A DNA stretch of 20,000 nucleotides from an uncultured Nitrososphaerales archaeon (GTDB lineage Archaea; Thermoproteota; Nitrososphaeria; Conexivisphaerales; Conexivisphaeraceae): positions 4,125-24,124 of the forward strand of contig CAYFFS010000013.1 in NCBI GenBank assembly GCA_964342765.1, read 5' to 3'. The position numbers were made by a program, and so were the translations under genes. The notes under the pieces were generated by a model, which saw only the letters and a list, made by a program, of their open reading frames with translations, had not been told where the DNA came from and ran no database searches. This document shows, piece after piece, positions 13,464-20,000 of this stretch; position 1 is the first letter of the stretch; each line of letters begins with the position of its first letter.

Positions 13464-13545
13464 GCGTATCCTGTAGGGCTCCCAACTGAGGTGCGGTCGC
13501 CGCAACTAGAGTTCATTCCACTTTGTTCCACACAGTAAAATAATG

Positions 13546-13553
13546 TTTTTATA
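13546..13553 (+). promoter_or_regulatory. TATA box (TTTTTATA) for the ParB-like gene
   Basis: The context is aataatgTTTTTATAgag. It is centred ~27 nt upstream of in-frame GTG 13576 but only ~11 nt upstream of the track's TTG 13561. A leaderless start at 13576 is therefore plausible. Confidence 0.5.
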
Positions 13554-13560
13554 GAGCGGA

Positions 13561-14418
13561 TTGGCGACAGGCGCAGTGATCTGGCAGGGCGGCGTCCTGC
13601 AGGAACTGGACATCAGCAAGCTCCGCCCAATGGACCTGCCTTTCCGCGCGCGCCAGGAAGGCGTGGAGGAGCTGGCCTCCTCGATAGCGGAGAAGGGGCT
13701 CCTTCACCCTTTGATAGTTAGGCCGAAGGATGGGTACTACGAGGTCGTGGCGGGGAACAGGAGGCTGGCCGCCCTTAAGCTGCTAGGGAGAAGGAAGGCG
13801 CCTTGCCTGGTGGTCGACATGGACGATAAATCGGCCTACGAGCTGGCTCTCGTTGAGAACATCCAGAGGAAGAACCTGAATCCAATAGAGGAGGCCATGG
13901 CCTTCAAGGCGTACATAGAAACCTATGGCTACGGGTCGGAGAGCGAGCTGGCCAGGAAGATAGGGAAGAGCCAGGAGTACGTCAGCAGGAGGCTTCAGCT
14001 GCTCAAGCTCCCCCAGAAGGTGCAGGAGGAAGTTATGCGCCGGCGCATAGCTCCGAGCGTGGCGGCGGAGCTGGCGACGATCGATGATCCGAAGAAGATA
14101 GAGGAGCTGGCCAACCTCATAGTCGAGAAGGGGCTGAAGCGCGAACACGTGAGGCGCGTGATAAGGGAGGAGAAGGGATCCTGGAGGGTCGATGACCCCT
14201 ATGAGCGCAGGCGCCGCCTCATAGACAGGGTCCTCAACAAGTGCATAACCTCGCTCAAGGTAGCTCTTGTCAACATAGACGACGCAATAGAGGACGTGAA
14301 GGACGACTGGCTGCTCTACGAGATGTTGATGGAGCACCGCTCGCGCCTTCACGCGCAGATAGACGACCTCATAAAGCTGAGGAAGCGCGTGCTCGAGATG
14401 GACGAGGCGATCGCGTAG
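13561..14418 (+). CDS. ParB/Spo0J-type protein (ParB N-terminal CTP-binding-like domain + HTH + helical C-terminal region)
   Basis: The translation is collinear with bacterial Spo0J/ParB.
- HPLIVRPKDGYYEVVAGNRRLAALKLLG corresponds to the GERRxRA box.
- ALVENIQRKNLNPIEEA corresponds to the ENLQRxDLNPxEEA box.
- ELARKIGKSQEYVSRRLQLLKLPQKVQ is the HTH.
The true start may be GTG 13576. Confidence 0.85.
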   Translation: MATGAVIWQGGVLQELDISKLRPMDLPFRARQEGVEELASSIAEKGLLHPLIVRPKDGYYEVVAGNRRLAALKLLGRRKAPCLVVDMDDKSAYELALVENIQRKNLNPIEEAMAFKAYIETYGYGSESELARKIGKSQEYVSRRLQLLKLPQKVQEEVMRRRIAPSVAAELATIDDPKKIEELANLIVEKGLKREHVRRVIREEKGSWRVDDPYERRRRLIDRVLNKCITSLKVALVNIDDAIEDVKDDWLLYEMLMEHRSRLHAQIDDLIKLRKRVLEMDEAIA

Positions 14419-14433
14419 CCAGGCCAGTACAGA

Positions 14434-14441
14434 GATATATT
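14434..14441 (+). promoter_or_regulatory. TATA box (GATATATT) for the SDR gene, bracketed by a 5-bp inverted repeat CAGAG/CTCTG (14430-14450)
   Basis: It is centred 27 nt upstream of ATG 14465. Confidence 0.5.
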
Positions 14442-14464
14442 GAACCTCTGGCGTAGGGCTCACA

Positions 14465-15307
14465 ATGAGTTGGGGTGCCCTGGAGGAGGTTCCAGAGGAG
14501 GTTCCCCCCGAGGTCCATAGGAGGAACGTGACGCCCCCGTGCAACAGGTTCGCTAACCAGAAGGTCCTTGTCACCGGCGCGGGGCGCGGCCTGGGCAGCC
14601 ACATCGCCCTGGCGTTCGCCAGGGACGGGGCCGACGTGGCAGTGCACTACAACACGTCGGCGGAGGGCGCCGAGAGGGTGGCGGAGGAGATCAGGAAGAT
14701 GGGGAGGGACTCGTTCACCGTGCAGGCGGACGTAACCAAGTGGGACGACGTGAGGAGGATGGCGGACGAGATTTGGAAGAGGTGGGGGAGGCTGGACATA
14801 TTGGTGCACCAGGTCGGCGAGATGGTGACCGGCCAGATGAGCTGGAGGGAGATGAAGACCGAGGCCGACGTCAGGAAGGCAATAGACGTCGACGCCCTGG
14901 GCAGCCTCCTCGTCATACACGAGATAGGCCGCAGGATGTACGACCTGCAGAAGTACGGCTCGATAGTCGCGATGGCCTCAAACGTCCTGACGACGGGCAG
15001 CCCTAGGGCGCCTCAGTACGCCGCCGGGAAGTTCGGCGTCGTAGGCGTCGTGAAGTCCTACGCCAACGCGTTCGCGCCCTGGGTCCGCGTTAACGCCGTC
15101 GCGCCGGGCTACATAGAGACCGAGGCGACAAAGGCCAGGCCGGACTGGCCTAAGAGGAGGAAGTTCGTCCTCCAGAACACGCCCCTGAAGAGGATCTGCC
15201 AGGTGGAGGACGTGATACCGGTCATAATGTTCCTCGCGTCCGGCGACTCGGCGTTCATAACGGGCCACACGATATATATAGATGGCGGGTTCACGATGCC
15301 GCACTGA
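14465..15307 (+). CDS. Short-chain dehydrogenase/reductase (FabG-like 3-oxoacyl/3-hydroxyacyl reductase family)
   Basis: The cofactor motif is KVLVTGAGRGLGSHIALAFARDGADVAV (TGxxxGxG) and the catalytic motif is Ser...YAAGK. The C-terminal ITGHTIYIDGG is also present. There is a ~33-aa N-terminal extension. Confidence 0.85.
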   Translation: MSWGALEEVPEEVPPEVHRRNVTPPCNRFANQKVLVTGAGRGLGSHIALAFARDGADVAVHYNTSAEGAERVAEEIRKMGRDSFTVQADVTKWDDVRRMADEIWKRWGRLDILVHQVGEMVTGQMSWREMKTEADVRKAIDVDALGSLLVIHEIGRRMYDLQKYGSIVAMASNVLTTGSPRAPQYAAGKFGVVGVVKSYANAFAPWVRVNAVAPGYIETEATKARPDWPKRRKFVLQNTPLKRICQVEDVIPVIMFLASGDSAFITGHTIYIDGGFTMPH

Positions 15308-15313
15308 GCGATC

Positions 15314-16096
15314 CTACCTGTTCTTCCAGCTGGGCTTCCTCTTCTCGAGGAAGGCCCTGGCGCCCTCCTTCTGATCCTCGGTCGAGAAGCACTTGGCGAA
15401 GAGCTCCGACTCCACGCGCATTCCCTCATCGAACGGCCTCTGGTAGCTAGCGTTGACCGCGCGCTTGGCGAACGACAGTATCAGCGGGCTCTTGGACCTC
15501 AGGTCCTCAAGGTACTTCCTGACGACGTTCACGAGCTCCTCCCTGGGGACCGCCCTGTTTATCAGGCCAAGCGCCTCGGCCTCCTTGGCCGTCAGCGTCC
15601 TTCCAGTGAATATCAACTCCTTAGCCATCTTCACGCCGACGTGCCTCGGAAGCCTCTGGGTGCCTCCGGCCCCCGGTATTAGGCCCACGTTGATCTCGGT
15701 CTGCCCAAGCAGGGCGTCCTCGGCGGCCACCGCTATGTCGCTCGCCAACACCAGCTCTAGCCCGCCTCCGAACGCGTGCCCGTTGACCATTGCTATGACG
15801 GGCTTCGACAGGTTCTCTATCCTATCGACGAGCCCCTTGGTTATAACCAGGTAGGAGCGGGCCTCCTCCTCGTCCATCGTAAGGAACATCCTCAGGTCCG
15901 CGCCCGCGCAGAACGACTTGTCGCCGGCGCCCGTCAGCACGACAGCGAAGACCGAGGGATCCCTTTCCGCCTCCTCGAGCGCGCTCAGGATCTCCTCCTT
16001 CGTCTTGACGTCGAGCGCGTTCCTCACCTCCGGCCTGTTTATGGTTATCCAGGCCGCGCCATCCTTCACCTCGTAGATTATGTTGGAGTAGACCAT
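15314..16096 (-). CDS. Enoyl-CoA hydratase/isomerase (crotonase) family
   Basis: ITINRPEVRNALD, FCAGADL, NGHAFGGGLELVLASD and QTEINVGLIPGAGGTQRLPR are present, and both catalytic Glu positions are conserved. The gene is convergent with the SDR gene across a 6-nt gap. Confidence 0.9.
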   Translation of the reverse strand: MVYSNIIYEVKDGAAWITINRPEVRNALDVKTKEEILSALEEAERDPSVFAVVLTGAGDKSFCAGADLRMFLTMDEEEARSYLVITKGLVDRIENLSKPVIAMVNGHAFGGGLELVLASDIAVAAEDALLGQTEINVGLIPGAGGTQRLPRHVGVKMAKELIFTGRTLTAKEAEALGLINRAVPREELVNVVRKYLEDLRSKSPLILSFAKRAVNASYQRPFDEGMRVESELFAKCFSTEDQKEGARAFLEKRKPSWKNR

Positions 16097-16117
16097 CGAG
16101 CAGCTCAGCGATGGGAA

Positions 16118-16125
16118 GGATATGG
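16118..16125 (-). promoter_or_regulatory. Weak TATA-like element (minus strand CCATATCC) for the crotonase gene
   Basis: It is centred ~26 nt upstream of ATG 16096. The match to a TATA box is poor. Confidence 0.3.
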
Positions 16126-16151
16126 GGTTTCCCCTCCCCCTTGCGCTTCAG

Positions 16152-16160
16152 ATTTTTATA
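16152..16160 (+). promoter_or_regulatory. TATA box (cagATTTTTATAtcgg) for the Mo-hydroxylase/thioesterase unit
   Basis: It is centred ~29 nt upstream of ATG 16185. Confidence 0.5.
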
Positions 16161-16184
16161 TCGGTCCTCGGCACTTAAGCTAGG

Positions 16185-18557
16185 ATGGCTGTACAGGTTG
16201 TGGAGCAGCTCGAGCTCCAGAAATATAAGTGGGTCGGCGCATCTATAAAGAGGAAGGAGGATGCTGAGCTTATAAGGGGAAAGGGAACCTATACGGACGA
16301 CGTAAGGCTGCCGGGCGCCGTCTACGTGGCGTTCGTCAGGAGCCCCTACGCCCACGCGAGGATAAAGAGGATAGACGTGTCCAAGGCGCTGAGCCATCCG
16401 AAGGTGGTGGGCGTCCTGACGCCGGACGAGGCCGTGCCCCTGCACTCCTGGATGGAATTCCCCGGTATGAGGCAGGTGCCCCGCACGTCGTTGGCGGTCG
16501 GCAAGGTCAGGTTCCAGGGGGAGCCCGTCGTGGCGATAGCGGCGACCGACAGGTACTCCGCCGAGGACGCCGTTCAGCTGGTGGACGTGGAGTACGAGCC
16601 CCTCCCGCCGGTGGTCGACGCAGAGAAGGCGCTCGAGCCAGGGGCCCCCCTGCTCTACGAGGAGTGGGGGGACAACGTGATCTACCATGGGAAGGCGTCG
16701 TTCGGCGACGTTGAGGGCGCCTTCTCCCGCGCCGACCTAGTCGTCGAGGGCACGCTCATAAGCAACAGGCACTCGCCGACGCCCCTGGAGCCGCGCGCGA
16801 TAACAGCGCACTACGATACCGTGAAGGACGTCTTCAACATATGGGTTACCACCCAGTTCCCACACGTCTTCAAGACGTACATCTCCCAGGTCCTCAAGTT
16901 CCCCGAGAACAAGATAAGGGTGATAGCTAAGAGGGTTGGCGGGGGCTTCGGCCCCAAGTCCCACGTATACCCTGACGACGTGGCGGTGCTCCAGCTCGCG
17001 CTCAAGCTCAAGAGGCCGGTCAAGTGGGTGGAGACGAGGACCGAGAACCTGCAGGTGACGGGGCACGCCAGGGACTGGAAGATATGGTACAGGGGCGCGT
17101 TCACGAAGGACGGAAAGCTGCTCGCTGTCAGCGTTAAGGGCATAGCCGACTTCGGCGTCTACGGGGCCTTCTGGACGGAGATACAGCCGGCGCTCGTCGC
17201 GCAGGCCCAGACGCCTGGCCCCTACAAGATGCAGGCGTACGAGTTCGAGCTCTACTGCGTCGCCACGAACAAGGCCCCCTACTCCGCGCACAGGGGGTTC
17301 GGGAGGCCCACGGCGGCGCTCATAATGGAGCGCATAATGGACGCGGCTGCCCGCAAGCTCGGGCTGGATCCTGTTGAGATAAGGAGGCGCAACCTGATCA
17401 GCCGCGACGAGATGCCCTATCGCCAGGTCACCAACATAATCTACGACAGCGGCGACTACCCGAGGGCCCTGGAGACCGCCCTCCGCTCGTTCGACTACTG
17501 GGGCTGGAGGAAGAAGCAGGAGGAGCTCAGGAAGCAGGGCAGGTACATAGGGATAGGGGTCTCGACATACGTGGAGTACACGGCGCCCTCCTCCAAGAGG
17601 TTGTCCGAGGGGCTGGGATGGAAGGTAGGGGGCTACGACATGGTGAGGCTCAGGGTAGAGCCGACCGGCAAGGTGAAGTTCTTCACTGGGCAGTCGACCC
17701 AGGGCATGAGCCACGAGACGATATTCGCTCAGATAGTGGCCGAGGAGCTGCAGGTGCACGTGGACGACGTGACGGTTGTGGAGGGCGACACGGAGGACAC
17801 GCCCTACAGCTACGGCGCCTGGGCCAGCAGGGCCACCGTCGTCGTGGGAGGGGCCGCCGTGAAGGCGGCCAGGATGATAAGGGACAAGATGATCAAGATA
17901 GCGGCTTTCAACCTCGGCGTGGAGCCGTCGGACGTCGACCTGGCGCGCGGCTGGTTCTACGTGAAGTCGGATCCCTCGAGGAGGATATCGTTCTCCGAGG
18001 TGGCCAGGATAGCCTACCAGGAGGTCCACAGGATACCCATGGACCTAGAGCCCGGGCTCGAGGTCGTCACGACGTATGAGCCCCAGGTGTACACGACGAC
18101 CAGCCATGGATGGCACTTCGTGGTTGTCGAGGTAGACCCGGAGACGGGCAAGGTGGACATACTGAAGTACTACGTCCTCGAGGACGCAGGCATATCGGTG
18201 AACCCGATGACGATGCACGGGCAGACGCACGGCGCCGTAGCCCACGAGATAGGAGGCGTCATGTACGAGGAGCTCAGGTACGACGAGAACGGCAACCTGC
18301 TCAACTCGACGTTCGTGGACTACCTGGTGCCGACGGCTCTCGAGGTGCCTAACATAGAGGTGGAGCACATAGAGACGCCGAGCCCGCAGCTCGGCGGCTG
18401 GAAGGGGATGGGCGAGGGAGGGTCGATCGGCGCTCCTCCCGCGCTCTTCAGCGCCATAGAGGACGCGCTGTCCCCGCTGGGCGTAAAGCTCGATCGCGCC
18501 CCCCTGACGCCTGAGAACATCCTGCGCGCGATAAAGTCCGCCAGGGCATCGCAGTAG
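16185..18557 (+). CDS. Molybdopterin-binding large subunit of a xanthine dehydrogenase/aldehyde oxidase/CoxL-family hydroxylase
   Basis: - 790 aa.
- The N-terminus is KRKEDAELIRGKGTYTDDVRLPGAVYVAFVRSPYAHARI.
- SAHRGFGRP lies in the active-site loop region.
- The C-terminal GMGEGGSIGAPPA (GxGE) contains the catalytic Glu.
- The loop is neither VAYRCSFR (form I CODH) nor AYRGAGR (form II). Confidence 0.85.
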   Translation: MAVQVVEQLELQKYKWVGASIKRKEDAELIRGKGTYTDDVRLPGAVYVAFVRSPYAHARIKRIDVSKALSHPKVVGVLTPDEAVPLHSWMEFPGMRQVPRTSLAVGKVRFQGEPVVAIAATDRYSAEDAVQLVDVEYEPLPPVVDAEKALEPGAPLLYEEWGDNVIYHGKASFGDVEGAFSRADLVVEGTLISNRHSPTPLEPRAITAHYDTVKDVFNIWVTTQFPHVFKTYISQVLKFPENKIRVIAKRVGGGFGPKSHVYPDDVAVLQLALKLKRPVKWVETRTENLQVTGHARDWKIWYRGAFTKDGKLLAVSVKGIADFGVYGAFWTEIQPALVAQAQTPGPYKMQAYEFELYCVATNKAPYSAHRGFGRPTAALIMERIMDAAARKLGLDPVEIRRRNLISRDEMPYRQVTNIIYDSGDYPRALETALRSFDYWGWRKKQEELRKQGRYIGIGVSTYVEYTAPSSKRLSEGLGWKVGGYDMVRLRVEPTGKVKFFTGQSTQGMSHETIFAQIVAEELQVHVDDVTVVEGDTEDTPYSYGAWASRATVVVGGAAVKAARMIRDKMIKIAAFNLGVEPSDVDLARGWFYVKSDPSRRISFSEVARIAYQEVHRIPMDLEPGLEVVTTYEPQVYTTTSHGWHFVVVEVDPETGKVDILKYYVLEDAGISVNPMTMHGQTHGAVAHEIGGVMYEELRYDENGNLLNSTFVDYLVPTALEVPNIEVEHIETPSPQLGGWKGMGEGGSIGAPPALFSAIEDALSPLGVKLDRAPLTPENILRAIKSARASQ

Positions 18558-18561
18558 CGGC

Positions 18562-18990
18562 GTGATCCACTTGGAGGGCCGCTTCAGCACCGTGGTATCC
18601 TTCGACGACACGGACTGCAGCAGGAGGGTCCACTTCTCGAAGTACTCGATATGGATAGATAGGGCAATACAGGACCTATTCAGGAAGGCAGGCCTTGAGT
18701 TCCTGCCCGATGGAACTCTGCGCCGCGTGGAGGGAGGAGAGGTGGTCGCCTTCGCCATCGGCGAGTACTGGGCCAGGATGGAGAGGCCATCGAAGCTCGG
18801 CGATTCCCTGGATGTCGTAGTTCATCCGCACGAGGTCAGGCCGCGCGTGGTTGTCTTCGAGGGCGCGGTCATCGATAGATCCGACGGCTCCGTCGTCGCG
18901 CGCGGGAGGATAACCATGGTCCACATAGATCCTGAGACAGGCCGCTCCAAGGAGATGCCGAGCTGGCTCAGGGATCTCCTGTCGCGCTAA
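18562..18990 (+). CDS. 4HBT/YbgC-type hot-dog fold acyl-CoA thioesterase
   Basis: VVSFDDTDCSRRVHFSKYSIWIDRAIQDLFRKAGLEF matches the v.y.DtD..g.V....Y pattern, including the catalytic Asp. The GTG start lies 4 nt after the Mo-subunit stop. Confidence 0.8.
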   Translation: MIHLEGRFSTVVSFDDTDCSRRVHFSKYSIWIDRAIQDLFRKAGLEFLPDGTLRRVEGGEVVAFAIGEYWARMERPSKLGDSLDVVVHPHEVRPRVVVFEGAVIDRSDGSVVARGRITMVHIDPETGRSKEMPSWLRDLLSR

Positions 18991-19003
18991 ATCGTTATTA
19001 AAC
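18990..19003 (+). promoter_or_regulatory. Promoter element AATCGTTATTAAAC upstream of the acyl-CoA dehydrogenase gene
   Basis: AATCGTTA begins 36 nt upstream of GTG 19026 and is related to the AAACGTTA boxes at 10940 and 11452. Confidence 0.4.
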
Positions 19004-19025
19004 GACAGAGGCCCGGGGATCCCCC

Positions 19026-20000
19026 GTGGACTTCGCGGAGTCCGACGAGCACGCCCTCCTGAGGAAGGGCATGGCGGATCTCGTCAAGCAGTTCCCCAGG
19101 GAGTACTGGCGCCAGAAGGATCAGGCGGAGGAGTTTCCCCAGGAATATTGGGACGCCCTGGCCAAGCAGGGATGGCTAGGGCTCCTGGTCCCCGAGGAAT
19201 ACGGAGGGGCGGGGCTCAACATGTACGAGGCGCACATAGCTATCTACGAGGCGGCCAGGAACGGCGCCGGGGTCCCCGGAGGGGACCTGCTGATGAGGAC
19301 CTACATGTTCGGGACCTATCCGATAAGGCAGTTCGGCAGCCCCGCCCTCAAGGAGAAATGGCTTCCCAGGATAGCGGAGGGGAAGGCGCTCTTCAGCATA
19401 GGGCACACGGAGCCCGGGGCCGGCGTCAACACTTTCGACATAGAGACCTACGCCGAGCGCAGGGCCGGCGAGTTCGTGATAAACGGCCAGAAGATCTGGA
19501 TGACGCTGGCCCACAGGGCTGACGCGATACTTCTGGTGGCGAGGACGAAGCGCAAGGAGGAGGTCAAGGAGAAGAGCGAGGGCCTCACGCTTTTCCTGGT
19601 GGACACGCGCGAGTCGAAGGTCAGGACGGCGCGCCTGCCGGCGTCCGTCATGAGGCCCCTGGGCGAGAACGTCGTGTACTTCGAGGACACCGCGGTGCCC
19701 GAGGAGAACGTGATAGGCGAGGTGGACCGCGGCTGGCGCTACCTGGTGAACGTGTTCAACGCGGAGCGCCTTGGCACGGCGTCCGTCGCGGCCGGTGCCG
19801 GCGAATACGTGCTAGACCTCGCCGCGGAGTACGCCAGGACCAGGAACGTGTTCGGCAGGCCCATTGGATCAAACCAGGCGATAAGCTTCCCGCTTGCGGA
19901 GATACGCATGTACCTGGAGGCCGCGAAGCTCCTGCTTCAGAAGGCGGCCTGGCGCTTCGATCGGGGCGAGGATCCGTCGGTCGAGGGCAACATGGCTGCC
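19026..20000 (+). CDS. Acyl-CoA dehydrogenase family flavoprotein; 3'-truncated by window edge
   Basis: This gene is not in the ORF track because it has no stop within the window.
- Frame 3 is open from the stop at 18999-19001 to nt 20000, and the first start codon is GTG 19026.
- My translation reads VDFAESDEHALLRKGMADLVKQFPREYW...QGWLGLLVPEEYGGAGLNMYEAHIAIYE...FSIGHTEPGAGVNTFDIETYAERRAGEFVINGQKIWMTLAHRADAILLVART...ARTRNVFGRPIGSNQAISFPLAEI.
- These are classic ACAD motifs (TEPGAG, GxKxW[IM]T, R.vFGrPI..nQ). Confidence 0.9.
   Translation, partial: MDFAESDEHALLRKGMADLVKQFPREYWRQKDQAEEFPQEYWDALAKQGWLGLLVPEEYGGAGLNMYEAHIAIYEAARNGAGVPGGDLLMRTYMFGTYPIRQFGSPALKEKWLPRIAEGKALFSIGHTEPGAGVNTFDIETYAERRAGEFVINGQKIWMTLAHRADAILLVARTKRKEEVKEKSEGLTLFLVDTRESKVRTARLPASVMRPLGENVVYFEDTAVPEENVIGEVDRGWRYLVNVFNAERLGTASVAAGAGEYVLDLAAEYARTRNVFGRPIGSNQAISFPLAEIRMYLEAAKLLLQKAAWRFDRGEDPSVEGNMAA

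Noticed and set aside
16185-18557. Calling the 790-aa Mo enzyme an aerobic CO dehydrogenase (CoxL)
   Set aside because: The active-site loop reads SAHRGFGRP, not VAYRCSFR (form I) or AYRGAGR (form II). No CoxM or CoxS genes are adjacent. Only the family-level call is justified.
7718-18758. Other long antisense ORFs: 7718..8734, 13783..14604, 15822..16688, 16737..18029 and 18045..18758, plus 987..1529 and 2588..3130 further left
   Set aside because: Each lies opposite a gene with strong family motifs. They lack motifs and have the typical antisense-of-GC-rich amino-acid bias. They also lack the AGG/ATA/AAG/GAG codon signature of the real genes.
1-20000. CRISPR arrays, transposases, integrases, toxin-antitoxin pairs, and att-like repeats flanking the tRNA
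   Set aside because: No spaced direct repeats, no recognisable recombinase, transposase or defence-type ORFs, and no duplicate of the tRNA 3' half were seen. The window looks like core chromosome rather than a mobile island.

Overview
This is a dense, GC-rich archaeal chromosomal segment that looks crenarchaeote (Thermoprotei-like). The signs are AGG/ATA-heavy codon usage, an intron-containing tRNA with a canonical bulge-helix-bulge, TiaS, XPD and geranylgeranyl reductase genes, and TATA-like boxes centred about 27 nt upstream of most start codons, which implies mostly leaderless mRNAs. The taxon is a guess.

I can support 20 protein-coding genes, two of them cut by the window edges. One of these is an open-ended acyl-CoA dehydrogenase at 19026..20000 that the ORF track omits. 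I also support one tRNA-Tyr(GUA) with a 44-nt intron and one RNase P RNA gene on the minus strand (~6984..7293). The RNase P gene lies in a region the ORF track fills only with spurious GC-driven ORFs.

Layout:
- 1-9 kb holds housekeeping genes: a Pho84-type phosphate transporter, an sHSP, tRNA-Tyr, an encapsulated-ferritin-like protein coupled to XPD, geranylgeranyl reductase, an ACT+UPF0210 pair, RNase P RNA, and a stand-alone RAM-domain protein followed by TiaS.
- 9-20 kb is a cluster of acyl-CoA-type and catabolic enzymes: an IPMS/homocitrate-synthase-like enzyme, a PaaI thioesterase, a MaoC-like hot-dog protein, an FAH-family hydrolase, a cyclase/formamidase, an SDR, a crotonase, a lone Mo-hydroxylase large subunit, a 4HBT thioesterase and an ACAD. 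An orphan bacterial-type ParB homologue sits in the middle of it.

I saw no CRISPR array, transposase, integrase or recognisable defence gene.

Best candidates for something undescribed:
1. The ParB homologue has no ParA partner and carries GNRR in place of the GERR CTPase box, inside a catabolic cluster.
2. An EncFtn-like ferritin is translationally coupled (GTGA overlap) to the Fe-S helicase XPD, with no encapsulin shell gene nearby.
3. The CoA-linked Mo-hydroxylase/hot-dog cluster itself, including a MaoC-like protein that lacks both hydratase-2 catalytic residues and a shared AAWCGTTA promoter element.

All functional calls come from motif recognition by eye and from memory. No searches were run.
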